Source: Dictyostelium discoideum
Lineage: Eukaryota
Reading direction: 5' to 3'
Assembly: GCA_000004695.1 (NCBI GenBank)
Contig: CM000151.3
Span: 1,152,001-1,216,000, forward strand
Length of the DNA stretch: 64,000 nt
Part shown: piece by piece, positions 18,947 through 37,649 of the stretch
How the letters are laid out: each line of letters begins with the position of its first letter
Numbering within the stretch: the first letter of the stretch is position 1
Made by a program: the position numbers and the translations under genes
The notes under the pieces: model-generated
Told to the model about the DNA's origin: nothing
The model's input: only the letters and a program-made list of their open reading frames with translations
Databases searched by the model: none

Positions 18947-20056
18947 ATGGAAACAATTCAATCAGTTATTACAGAATGGAGTGATTCAAAAAGTTGGGAT
19001 CATTTATTTCAACATAATTTCAAAGATTCAAACTGGTCAGAATTATTTGACCCAGTAAATTTCAAATTCAAATTTGGTACAACACCATTTTCTCAATTCC
19101 AAATTCTTCCATCAGTTATTTCCTTATATTTAGTTATAATTTTTTCAATTAAAGTAAATATTTCTTTTTTATTATTTCCTTATAAAAAAAAAAATTCTTA
19201 TTAATTTCTTATTTTTTATATCATTTTTATTTTATCTACTTTTTTTTTTTTTTTTTATCTTTTTAGTTTTTAATGAGAAATAGAAAACCATTTTCATTAA
19301 AATATGTTTCAATTTTACATAATGCTATCTTATGTATTTGGTCACTTGTTATGTGTGTAGGAATTTTATATGAAGTTATTAAAAGAATTACTGTAAGTGT
19401 TTTTTTTTATAAAAAAAAAAAAAAAAAATACATAATATATTAATTTTTTTAATTTTTTTATTTTTTTTATTTTTTTTTTATTTTTTTTATTCAAATAGGC
19501 TGAAGGACCATTATTTACAGTTTGTGAAACCGTTTCAGGATTTGATAAAGGTCCAGCATACTATTGGAGTTATATTTTTTATATTAGTAAATTTTATGAA
19601 CTTTTAGATACAGTTATTATAGTATTAAAAAAGAAACCATTAATTTTCTTACATGTTTATCATCATTGTATCGTTGTTTGGTTATGTTGGTATTTCATGT
19701 ACAGTGGTTGGAATCTCCAATTATGGGTTGTTTTCTTGAATACTTTTGTTCATGTATTTATGTATTACTTTTACTTTCAAACTGGTAGAGGTAAAACAGT
19801 TTGGTGGAAAAAATATATTACCATGATTCAAATTATTCAATTCATTTGTCTTGGTATTGCAGGTCTTTTACATTCAGCAGCAATCAATTTAAATTCTTCA
19901 CCATGTTTCACTCATTATCCAGCTTTCATTTCAGCTTATTTAATTAATTTCTCTTTCCTTTTCTTATTCTCTCAATTCTTTGTTAAATCTTATTCAAATA
20001 AACCAACTTCATCATCATCAACAACTACTCCAACTAAAACAAAGAAAATTGATTAA
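18947..20056 (+). CDS. ELO/GNS1/SUR4-family fatty acid elongase, about 296 aa. Three exons: 18947..19153, 19267..19392, 19499..20056.
   Basis: The ELO histidine box LHVYHHCIVVWLCWYF is present, together with the downstream YxYY/KKYITxxQxxQF motifs and multiple TM helices. Introns are GTAAAT..TTTTAG and GTAAGT..AAATAG, phase 0/0. Confidence 0.8.
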
Positions 20057-20212
20057 ACAAAAAAAAAAAAAAAAATATAAATAAAAAATTAAAAATTAAA
20101 AATTTAATAAAATAAAAAATAAAAAATTGTTTAGTATTATTAATTTTTTTTTTTTTTTTTTTCTAAAGTTTAAGATTGTATGTGTATGTATATGTTTAAT
20201 TTATTTAATTAT

Positions 20213-21323
20213 TTAAGATATATTATTATATAAAGTTACATCTTCATCATGCTTAATGATTTTCTTATTTTTTATATAATCTTTTAAACAATCTGATAAG
20301 GTTTTAAAAGCAACTTCACCATCTTCTTTTTCAAGATATGAAAATGTGACTCTGATATATGGTGTTTTAATGGTTCTATTTGGTGAACTTGAAATACCTA
20401 GACCAAAGATAACTTTATGATGTCTTAGGACATCTCTTACAAATTCATAGGAACAATCGATACCTAATAGTTTAACCCAAAAGTATAGACCAGCTTTTGG
20501 TACACTATATTCAACTTGACCTTTGAGATGTTTCTCTAAAAGTTCAATTGTTTCCCTTCTTTTTCTAATTAACACTTCTTGAACAAAATTAACATGACTA
20601 TCAAATTTTTCATCGCCCCAATTTGTTAATAATTTCTCTAATGCAATTTGAGTTAACCCACTTGAATGAAATATTGATGCATTCAATTCAAATGCTATCA
20701 CACCGAATAATTTTGAATTGGTAGTTACAAAACCCATTCTAATACCACTTGATAAAAACTTTGAAAATGTATCCAATCTAATAACTCTATCTTCTTTATC
20801 AATTGAAAGGAATGATTTGTTTAGCACTCTTTTACCATTTACTATCTCATTATCCAATTGTAAAAAGAAGTGAGGATCATCTTCTATGATTAATAAATCG
20901 AATTTACATGCAATTTTATAAATCTCTTCTTTTCTCTCCATGTCATATAAAATACCGGTTGGATTTTGACCATGTGGTATCATGTAAATTAATTTTGGGA
21001 ATTTCAAATCTGGATGAGTACTCTCCCAATTACTTAATAAATTATCCAATTCACTTGGTATCATACCTTTACTATCCATTTCACATGCTGCAAAATTAAT
21101 ACCTGATGGTTGTGTAACTGCAAACATACCACCATAAGTATATCTTTCAACTATTAATGTATCACCTCTATTAAAAAATGCTTTAACTAAACAATCAAGA
21201 GCATGTTGTGATCCTGGTGTCATTAATAAATTCCATTCTTTACCTGGTGTATTTGCTATTTTTAAAAAAATTAAATATAATAGTTTTAAAAAATTAATAA
21301 AATTTATATTAAATTATCATTTT

Positions 21324-21370
<47 letters not shown>

Positions 21371-21637
21371 TTAAAAATAGATAATTACGATCACATAATC
21401 CATGATGTCTTTGTTGAATTGATTTACACCAATTTCTTAATTTTGGTAAACCTGGTGAATCAGAGTATTGTTGCACTAAATCCAAGTCTTCTTTTGATAA
21501 TCTAACTTTTTCATTTCCCAAAAAATTAAAATTAAATTCTAATTCCTTAATTGGAAAAAATAATTTACTGGGTATACCTGCACCAAAAGATAACTTTAAT
21601 TTTTTGAATTAATATTTTAAATATTAAATGTTTTTTT

Positions 21638-21699
<62 letters not shown>

Positions 21700-21929
21700 A
21701 ATAAATAAATAGAATTATTTAAATAACATACAATTTCAGATGAAGCAAGAAATGTTGAAATTTCAACTTCTGTTAATTGACATGGTGTTGAATTTCTTAA
21801 ACTTAAATATCTTGAATAATCTTTAATTGGTTCTTTAAATTTATAATCATTGAATGATTTTCCATTTAAATTAATATTTGTATTGTTTAATTCTTGAGAA
21901 ATTTGATTAGAAATATCGCTTCTCATCAT
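20213..21929 (-). CDS. Class-I/II PLP aminotransferase of the kynurenine/alpha-aminoadipate (AADAT/ARO8) type, about 481 aa. Three exons: 21929..21732, 21593..21389, 21255..20213.
   Basis: The sequence aligns with AADAT along its length: LSFGAGIPSKLFFP..YSDSPGLPKLRNW; NLLMTPGSQHALD; LIIEDDPHFFLQL (human FLIIEDDPYYFLQF); VIRLDTFSKFLSSGIRMGFV (human VIRADSFSKIISSGLRIGF). The last of these carries the PLP Lys. Donors are GTATGT and GTAATT, acceptors AAAG and AATAG, and phases are consistent. Confidence 0.75.
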
Positions 21930-22064
21930 TATTTATTTATTATTTATTTTTTAAAAAATTAATATTGACACTATTATATAATACTATAGTCTAAGTGTGT
22001 AAATTAATAAAATAAAGTAAATTGAAATTGTTTTTTTTTTTTTTTTTTGTTTTTTTTTTTTTTG

Positions 22065-22095
<31 letters not shown>

Positions 22096-23036
22096 GTATA
22101 TGTATTGTTTTCTTTTATTATACTAAAATATAAAATTATTTTTGAATTGTTTGGAATGGGGAAAAAAAAAAATAATTCCCAAATTTGAATTTAAAAAAAT
22201 AAAAAAAAAAATTAAAAATAAAAAAAATAAAAAAAAATAAAAAAATAAAAAAAACAAATAATATTTTTTAATTTATTTTTAAAAATTAATATTTTTTGGG
22301 GTTTTTTTTTTTAATTAAAAATGACCCTATCTTTGATTTTTATCCAATTTTGAAATACAATCTATAAAATTGTCAATTAAAGATTTCAATAAATTACAAT
22401 TATAACAAAAAAAATTAATAATTATTAATTTTAAATTATTGCCAAATTAATATTTTTTTTTTTTTTTACCGAAAATGATTTTTTTTTTTTTTTTTTTTTA
22501 TGATATAGGATATTTTTTCAAGATTTTTTAAGATTTTTTTTTTTGTTATTTTTTATAAAAAAAATTGTTGATTAAACAAAAGTAAAATAAAAAATAATCA
22601 CTGAAATGAAGTTCAAATTGTTTTTGAATTCTTGTAATTTCAATTTTAATACTAAAAATAAAAAATTTAATTTCACCAAAAAAATAAAAAAAAAAATAAA
22701 AATTAAAAATTAAATTTTTTTTTTATAAAAATATTTAAAAATTTTTTTATTTTTATTATTTTTTATTTATTTTTTTTTTGTACAGATAAAAAGGAGTGTT
22801 TATATTTATGTGTATATATATATTTAAATATATATATATAGAACAACCACAAGTTATTAAACACTTTTTTTAAAAAAACAAAAAAAAAAAACAAAAGAAA
22901 AAATAAAATATAAAAAAACACAAGAAGTGATTTAAAACATATAATCATTAAGAGTAACAACACTTTTTATTGAACTCAGAAAACCAAACTACAACTAATT
23001 AATAACCAATATTAGTAATATTAATAATAGAAAGAA

Positions 23037-23113
<77 letters not shown>

Positions 23114-23128
23114 GCAACAGCAACAAAA
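23037..23128. repeat. (CAA)n microsatellite of about 30 units in the 5' flank/5'UTR of the DCN1-like gene
   Basis: The trinucleotide is directly visible, 40 nt upstream of the ATG at 23168. Confidence 0.9.
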
Positions 23129-23167
23129 AAAAAAAAGGATAAAAATAAATAAATAAAAAAAATACCA

Positions 23168-24144
23168 ATGACAAGAAAATATACAAAGAAATCGAGTGGA
23201 TCCACTGCATCCACAACAAATTCTACGGCAGAGATTGTTGATCTAACTACATCGACTTCAAGTGTAAGAATAATTATAATTTTATCTATTTAACTTTTGT
23301 TAATAATAATAATAATAATAATAATATAATAATTATAATCATAATAATTGGAGAAAAGAGAGATACAGAGATATTAAATCCTTAAAAAAAAAAAAAAAAA
23401 AAAAAATTTTAAAAAAAATGAAAATAGGTAGGAAAAAAGAGGAAGAGTCCAGATGAAAAAGCACAACCAATAACAAAGAAAGCATTGAATTCATTAACAC
23501 CAGTTCAATCAATGTTTGAAAAATATAAAGGTAAAAATATAATTAAAGCAATTCATTATACCTATTTATATACATATATTTTCAATGTACATTTAGGTAT
23601 AATTTTATTAATTAATTTTTACCTATAATATTTAGATGATGATGAAACAATTGGGCCAGAAGGTATAGCAAGATTTTGTAGTGATATAGGCCTAGCACCA
23701 GATAGTGTAAGTTTTGTATTCATATTTATATATATACATATATGAACTTACTCTTTCTAACCAGAATTTTTTTTTTATTTGTATTTTATTAAAATAGTTT
23801 GAGATTTTAGTTTTAGCATGGACAATGAATGCATCTAAAATGGGATATTTTAGTAAGAATGAATTTAGTAGTGGATTTGAAAAATTACAATGTAGTGATT
23901 TATCAACATTAAAGAAACAATTAAATAGCACTTCACAAAAATTAAAACATGATTCAACTAAATTCACAGATCTTTATAAATATGCATTTGGGTTTGCAAG
24001 TGAAGTAGAGAGTAAAAAGTCAGTAGATTTAGGTACAGCTGCGGAAATGTTAAAACTATTATTACCTGAAGGTCCGCATACTACAAATTTTGCTGCTTTT
24101 TTATGTGTATGTTTTTTTTTTTTTTTTTTTTTCCCTAAATTATC

Positions 24145-24214
<70 letters not shown>

Positions 24215-24445
24215 TTGATTAATGAATTATAATTCATTTACAACTTTTAACTTTTTAAACAAAATTTTTTTTTTTTATATATATAGACACAACCAAATAA
24301 ATCAATTAATAAAGATCAATGGTTATGCTTTTTAGAATTCTCAAGAACTGTAAAAGCAGATTTATCAAATTATGATGATTCAGAAGCTTGGCCACTTCTT
24401 CTTGATCAATTTTCAGAGTGGGTTCAACAAGAGAAAAGGATATAA
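23168..24445 (+). CDS. DCN1-like (defective in cullin neddylation) PONY/DCUN1-domain protein, about 245 aa. Five exons: 23168..23263, 23428..23530, 23636..23706, 23798..24106, 24287..24445.
   Basis: The PONY domain aligns with human DCUN1D1: [111 protein letters not shown]. Four introns are present (GTAAGA, GTAAAA, GTAAGT, GTATGT donors). The last intron contains (ATA)n. There is no N-terminal UBA domain. Confidence 0.75.
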
Positions 24446-24503
24446 ATTAGTTTTTTTTTTTTTTTTTCAAAAATATGGTATTACCAACAAGAACGATTAA
24501 ATT

Positions 24504-24538
<35 letters not shown>

Positions 24539-24733
24539 TTAATAACTAAAGTATATAACTATAGAAAAAAAGCAAAAAAGAAATGTAAAAAGGGAAATTT
24601 GTACAAAAAAAAAAAAAAGGAAAAGAACTTCAATAAAAATATTAACTTTTTTTATTTTTTTTTTAAGTAAATCTTATCTATTTTTAAAGTTTTTATTTTT
24701 TTAAAAAAAAAAAAGTTTTTATTTTTAAAGTTT

Positions 24734-26544
<1,811 letters not shown>

Positions 26545-27281
26545 TTGAATATTATTTTTCTCTAATTTAATGTGGGAGATTGGTTTTTTTTATATATATA
26601 TATATATTAAAGAAAAAAAATTAAATAAAATAAAGAAATAAAATTTTTTATTTCTTTTTTCCAACCCCCAAAAAAAAAAAAAAAAAAAATGTTTAAAAAT
26701 ATCTTCAAGACTGAAAAACTAAAAAAAAAAAATAAAAAAAAAAAAATAAAAAAAAAAATAAAAAAAAAAGATTTTTTTTTTTTTTTTTTTAAAACTTTTG
26801 GCTTTGGCCAATAAATTGTCTTGATAACCTTATTTCTTTATTTTTTTTTTTTTTTTTCAAATATTTATTTTAATTTTAATTTTTTTTATTATTATTTTAT
26901 TTTATATTATTTTTTTTATTTTTTTTAATTTTTTTCTAAACATATTTTTTTATTTTTTTATTTTATTTTATTTTACTTTATTTTTCTTTTTTAAATTAGA
27001 TTGATAAATACGATAAAAAAAATTCTATAACAGTAATTTAGTAAATTCTTTTTTTTTTTTTATTTTATATTATTTTTTTTATTTTTTTTTTATTTTAATT
27101 TTTATTTTTTTTTATTTTTTTTTATTTTTTTTTATTTTTTATTTTTTTTTTTTATTTTTTTTTTAATTCAATTTTTTTTTTTTATTTTTTTTTTTTTAAT
27201 GTAATAGTACCTACAGATGATTTGTTATAAATATATAATCTATAATTATTTTTTATTTTCATTATAATAAATTTAAAATAA

Positions 27282-29834
<2,553 letters not shown>

Positions 29835-29858
29835 TAAATTAAAATATTTATATATCTA

Positions 29859-29893
<35 letters not shown>

Positions 29894-30003
29894 ACAAAAC
29901 AAAACATAATTATCATTTATTTTATATATAAATATTTATATATATTTTTATTTTATTTTTTATTTTATTTTATTTCTATTATTATTTATTATTATTATTA
30001 TTT

Positions 30004-31004
30004 TTAAAAATCTAAACTTTCATCATCTTGTTCTAAATATTGTTTAAAATAAACACAACGTTTGGGTGAAACTAAACCATTATCACTACATATATCGAAA
30101 ACTGGACAATTACCACATGGCATATTACAAAAATTATTTACAGGTATTGGTGTTTTAGTTGGTTTATAGAGGATACCAGATCTTCTACCAAGCATTGCAC
30201 CCATTCTAGTATCTCTCATCTCTTCGATATCACCATCGTAGATGACAGTGTTAACTAGTGCTTGAATATCCTCTGGACCTAAACTTTGACTTGTTGCCTC
30301 TTCAGCAACTTTTCTAAGATAAGTGATGATATCTGCTAAATCTACGGCACCTTTATTGTCTACAAATGTTTTAATATGCATTTTCATGATTTGAATATAT
30401 TGATGATCATACGATTGATCCGAATACAATTGACCACCTGTGATCTCTCTACTTGGTTCCATATTATATAACATGTATACTTTTTTTCTACCACTTTGAA
30501 TTGATTTCACTGATTTAATAAGTTTTCTTGATTCTAATGTCTTTAAAATCTTTGTAATTTGTACTTGTTGATAACCTGAACTATTCTTTAATTCTCTTGT
30601 CCATGCACCTGTATTCGATGATGCTTCAATTAATTGATATATTAAAAAATCTTCAACTCCTAATCCTCTAAATCTAAAATTTTTAAAAATAACAATTAAC
30701 AAATGACAAATAAACTATTATTAATATTGATAATGAATAGTTATCTATTAAAATAATAATAATAATATTAATAATAATAATTTAATAATTACTTTGCTTG
30801 ATCTTCAGGATTAACTTCTTTATATGATGTCGTTTCATCAGAGTTTTGTATAAGCATTAATCTACCTTGCTTGATTAGATTATTTATAACTTTAACTATT
30901 TCCTCCATTTTATGTCCTAAACTAACCTCAATCATTTGTTGAGTTAGACCTGTTGGATATTTATGACATAAATCTAAAAATTTATTCTCCAATTCTTCAG
31001 ACAT
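30004..31004 (-). CDS. RNA polymerase III subunit RPC34/RPC6 (POLR3F homologue), about 293 aa. Two exons: 31004..30793 and 30673..30004.
   Basis: The sequence is colinear with human POLR3F: LCHKYPTGLTQQMIE; LIYQLIEASSNTGAWTRELKNSSG..ILKTLESRKLIKSVKS..KKVYMLYNMEPSREITGG; and the C-terminal [4Fe-4S]-type Cys cluster NMPCGNCPVFDICSDNGLVSPKRCVYF. The intron is GTAATT..TTTTAG, phase 2. Confidence 0.85.
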
Positions 31005-31611
31005 TTTTTAAGTATATGTATATTTTATTTGTTTTTTTTTATTTTATTTTATTTTATTTTATTTTATTTTATTTGTTTTTTTTTATTCGTTTTTTTTTTT
31101 TTTTATATATTTAATAGTTTTTTTTTATTTTATTTTTATTTTTATTTTTATTTAAATTTATATTTTTTAAAATTAAGTAGGTTGGAATTTATATAGTGAG
31201 ATGGGGTGTTATATATTATTTACAAAGGAGAAAAAGTGTACTTCTTGTTTTTACACAAATAAAAAAAAAATGAGGAAAAAAAAAATGAAATTAATTTAAA
31301 GCCAACATTTCACGATTTTTTCAAAAAAATTTTATTTTAAATTTTTTTTTTTTTCATATTTTTTTTTTTTTTATTTTGGGAAATTAATCAAGATAGTATG
31401 GAATAAAAATATTAAAAAAAAAGAAAAAAAAAGTTATATAACTAGAGTTTTTTATTTATTTAATTATTAAATTAATTAATCATTTTATTTATTTTGATTA
31501 ATTTAATCATTTAATTATTTATTTAATTATTTAATTAATTATTATATTTACTTATTTAATTAATTAATTAATTATTATATTTATTTATACATATTTATTT
31601 ATCTATTATAT

Positions 31612-33141
<1,530 letters not shown>

Positions 33142-33556
33142 TATTATTTAATTTCTTTTATTGCTTAAAAAAAAAAAAAAAAAAATAAATAAATAAAAAA
33201 AAAATAAAAAAATAAAAAAATAAAAAATGATATTGTTGCAAAAATAAAATAAAAAACATATAAAAAAAAAAATAAAAAAAATAAAATATTTTGCAATAAA
33301 AATAAAATTAAAAAAAAAAAAAATAAAAAAAAAAAAATAAAAATAAAAATAAAAAAAAATAAAAAATGACATCAGTTACATGATGCTATTTCAGTTTTTG
33401 TTGTTTTTAATTAAAAAAAAAAAAAAAAAAAAAAAAAATTAGTTAGAGTTTATTCTTTAGTAGTTGCGAAAATATTTAATTTGTTGTTTGGATGAGCGGA
33501 TGGAGTGTTGGCATTTAAGTGGAATTTACAGGTGGACATATTGAAAGTTGTTATTA

Positions 33557-33651
<95 letters not shown>

Positions 33652-33841
33652 TTATTGTCTGTCGTTGCTGTTTATGTTTTTATATTTTTTGGGATATAAT
33701 AATAAAAATAAAAGATTAAAATTAAATCTAATTATGGGAATAAAATAACAAATAAAAAAAATAAAATAAAAATAAACAAAATAAAAGAGGATAGAAAAGA
33801 AGAGAAAAAAAAAAGAACAACATTATCGATCTAGATACATA

Positions 33842-34198
33842 CTATCTTATAATTAACTCGATTAGGTTATTGATATTCCCGATACCAACTAAAGGTGAGG
33901 GGACTCCTTCAACCGGTGGGATTTGTAGCTCTATAATGTGTTGGAGGAATAGGCTAGCTTCATTGCACAAATTGATATGACGTTTCTTCATTGAAGGAGA
34001 TGGGCTAAGGAATGTAAATCCTTTGGTCAAATCTGTCAATGGGTTTGGTAAACGTTCCAAATTTTGGTAGGTCCATGGAATTCCAATGTATTCTTCTTGC
34101 ATTCGTTTTAGATCAGCTAGTTGATCTTCAGCTTCAGCTAGTTGATCTTCAGCTTCACTAGACTGCATTCTACAATTGTTACTTTTATTGTTAAACAA
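33842..34198 (-). CDS. Orphan 118-aa ORF of unusually high G+C with an internal 21-bp tandem duplication; product unknown
   Basis: No stop occurs over 357 nt in a locally about 40 % G+C patch (codons such as CCG, GGG, CGA), and all other frames are closed. The sequence AGCTAGTTGATCTTCAGCTTC x2 gives AEDQLAEAEDQLA. I see no recognisable domain. The ORF-track start is a TTG. It could be a terminal exon, a transposon-derived fragment or a lineage-specific gene. Confidence 0.3.
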   Translation of the reverse strand: MFNNKSNNCRMQSSEAEDQLAEAEDQLADLKRMQEEYIGIPWTYQNLERLPNPLTDLTKGFTFLSPSPSMKKRHINLCNEASLFLQHIIELQIPPVEGVPSPLVGIGNINNLIELIIR

Positions 34199-34245
34199 TT
34201 GTTTTGTATTTATCCAATAATAAATAAATTTATAAACTTATATTG

Positions 34246-34276
<31 letters not shown>

Positions 34277-35038
34277 ATATACACAATATTTTTATATTTA
34301 TATTATATATATATATATACAAATATACCGGCGTTAGTATACCTGTTTATATATAATATTTATAAAATAATAATAAAAAACTATAAATGGTGGCGGAAGT
34401 GGTGGTTCTATCGTTATTATATTAATATATAATATTTGTAGTAAAAAAAAAAAAACAAAAAAAAAAAATATATAAACAAAAAAAAAAAAAAAAAAAATTT
34501 ATTAAAAAAAAAATAAAAATAAAAATAAAAATAAAAATAAAATTGAAAATAAAAATAAATTAAATTTTTTTTTCACACTAACATCAAAAAAAAAAAAAAA
34601 TCTCAATTGCTTTGGTTCAAATCCATCAAAAAAAAAAAGATTATGTCATATTTTAAATATAAACAAAAAAAAATTTTAAAAAATAAATTGAATATTTTAT
34701 ACAATGTTTGAACTCAATTAAAAATAAAAATAAATATTAAAATAGATCTAAAAAAAAAAAAAAAAAAAAAAAAATAAAGAAAAATAAAAAAATTAAAAAT
34801 TTAAAAAAATTAAAAAAAAAATTGAAATATGTATATTTTCACCCAGTTTGGAATATTCACATTTTGGAGAAGAGATCCTTAAAGGAAATCTCTTTTAATT
34901 TAGCTTTTTTTGGTTTTTAAATTTATGAATAGAAAAAATTATTATTTTCTTTTTTTTTTTTTTTTTTTTTATAAAATACAAAACTCGGAGTTTATTAAAT
35001 CTTGATATAAATTAAAAAAAAAAAAAAAAAAAGAAAAT

Positions 35039-37145
35039 TTATTTTACATTTAAAATATATTCCTCCATATTAAGAAAGTTGATAGAACCCAAACCTGTAT
35101 AATTTTATGTATTATTTTGAAAAAAAAAAAAAAAATTAATAAAAAAGATTAAAAAAAAAAAAACAAAAAAAAGAAAAGGAAGACTTACCAGTAGCGGGGT
35201 CATAACCAACAGCAGCAGAGAAACCATATTGGCAACAATAGGCTCTATTACAATTTATATTACCAGTAACAATGTCATTAAATACATTTGGTTGTTCCTG
35301 AGCAGCTTGATATAGTAATGGATTTAAGAAACCTAATTGTGATTTTCCTGCTGATAGTAGTTTATCATTTATCAATGCAAAAATACCAGCAACTGTAGGT
35401 GTTGAGGCAGAAGTACCATCTACATTAATTAAACCACATGGACAACTATCAAGTGATGAATCATTTGCTGAATAACCAATAGAATATTTATGAGCCACCA
35501 ATGAGATATCAGGATATGCACGTTTAGTTGGATCAAATGAAAATGATGGCGGTAGATTTTCAGCAGTTTCAAGATATTTAGCAACTGCAACTACTTGGTA
35601 ATATGGTTGAGATTGGGTTACTGCAAAACCACCACCTGACGTTACAGCTGCACCAGTGGAAGATGAACATACTATTTCATCTGGTTGGTTAGTAATAATT
35701 TGAGTTGCACCAACTGATGTAACATATGGTGAACTTGTTGGATATTGTGGTGAAAATAGTGAACCTGCATTTTCATCAAAACTATATCCTATAATTTTAA
35801 TTCCAAGTTCATCATTACTTGTTGGTATTAAATTTTCACACGAACAACTTGAATATAGATGAGGATTTTGTGAAAAATCTTCCTCAATACTCAAATCACA
35901 TTGCCAATTAGTTTTAATAAATTCATTAACTGCATCAACAAAACTTTGATTACTAAATAAAATACCTGTATTTGCCCCAATACCCTATGTCAATTAAAAA
36001 TATTAATAAATTATTAAATTACTATTATTATAATAATTATTTAAAAAATTATAATTACATTTGGGAAAATTGCAAGTGAACCATTGGATTGAATTATAGT
36101 TATTGATGGGCATTGAGTTATTGTATGATTACAACCACCGAGCGGACAATAATGATTTAAACCATCAATTGGGCAATTGCCTGAAGTTGAATAAAAAGAA
36201 GTAGAACCATCATCACCACTACTAACGAATATTGTTGTACCACGTAAACCAATCTTTTGAAATTCAATATTTGATCTTTGGATATAAATTTGGGAGTCAA
36301 TACCAAGTGTTGGACAAAATGAAGTTGCTTGACACTGTTCTAATTCAGCCCAACTATAAGATATTGATGCAATCTTTGGTATTGGATTAAATAATTGAAT
36401 CGATGATGCCCAATCTAAAACCCATTCGCCATTACCAGATGAAAGGAATAATGTAGATATATTATTACCAATTGCTGTAATGTATTGAATATCTAAATCA
36501 CTCTCTGCCTGGCCACAATAGTTTAATCCAAAACAATTAGGTCCGGAATTGTTTACTCTAATACTTGATGAGTCAATATTATATTCTGAATCGAAATAAC
36601 CTAATGCGCCAGCGGAATAGAAATCATTAAAAGATGCAACTGAAATAGAATTATTTTCATTTTCACCAACTTGATTGAAAGGTATACCATAATAGGATTT
36701 AATAAATGATGGTGTAATTGTAACGAATGAATCCTTTACATCAATTCTTGATTTAAACATTGTTTCATAGAATTTATTATCTTCAATGAAATCCGATAAA
36801 CCTAATATAAAATCAATTTTATTTTTTAAATACTTTGGAATTGATGCTGATTCAACAATTCTAATTCTTTGATCTAAACTATTTCTTATTGATTGATAAT
36901 ATGCGAATTCCGTTTCAAATAAATTTGATGCTTTCATAACATTTATTCTTAATTGAATAAAATCTGAATGAACCATCATTTCTTCTTTACCAATATCATT
37001 ACTTTTTAACCAATTTACAACTGTTTTGACATCTTCATTACTTGGAGAAACTAATAAATTTATTTCTTCTAAACTCATAAATTTACCATATATTTTACTT
37101 TTTGGATTTGATACTTCCCAAAATTTATTTTCTAATAAATCGAGA

Positions 37146-37209
<64 letters not shown>

Positions 37210-37413
37210 TAAATAAAAATAAATAATAAATCAATTAATGAAATTTACCTGTTTTAGAAAAATTTTAAATTTTAATTCTTCATTTTCTGTTACAAATTCC
37301 TTTTGAATAAAATTTACTCTGTTTTCGACTCTAGATATTGTTAAACGTTTTGCGCTTATAATATAAACAATTAAAAAAAAAATAACAATTATTGGTTTTA
37401 TTTGAATTATCAT
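35039..37413 (-). CDS. Sedolisin / tripeptidyl-peptidase I (peptidase S53) with signal peptide and propeptide, about 702 aa. Four exons: 37413..37249, 37150..36059, 35984..35189, 35094..35039.
   Basis: The signal peptide is MIIQIKPIIVIFFLIVYIISA. The S53 catalytic Ser motif is GTSASTPTVAGIFALIND, with upstream SVGATQ and the Asp/Glu-region motifs. The C-terminal GYDPATG|LGSINFLNMEEYILNVK parallels human TPP1 [23 protein letters not shown]. Introns are GTAAAT, GTAATT and GTAAGT with AG acceptors, phases 0/0/1. Confidence 0.8.
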
Positions 37414-37649
37414 TTTTTTTTTTTTTTCTATAAATTTATGTATGTCATGAAGATCTTTGTTTTTAGTTATAAAAAATAAAAAAATAATAAAATTTTAAAA
37501 AAAAAAAAAAAAGTAAGCAACCTGGTCAAAAAAAAAAAAAAAAAAAAAAAAAACCAAAATAAAAATATCTTTCAAATAAAAATAATTATCCTGGTTTTTT
37601 TAAAGTTTAAAATGAAATTTTAAGTAATTTATTTATTCAATAAAATTTT

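Noticed and set aside
34320-34440. Possible tRNA or small RNA in the G/C-containing patch (ccggcgttagtatacc .. ggtggcggaagtggtggttctatcg)
   Set aside because: No T-loop (GTTCGAATC-like) or D-loop consensus and no acceptor-stem complementarity could be found. I left it as unexplained G/C patches next to the orphan ORF.
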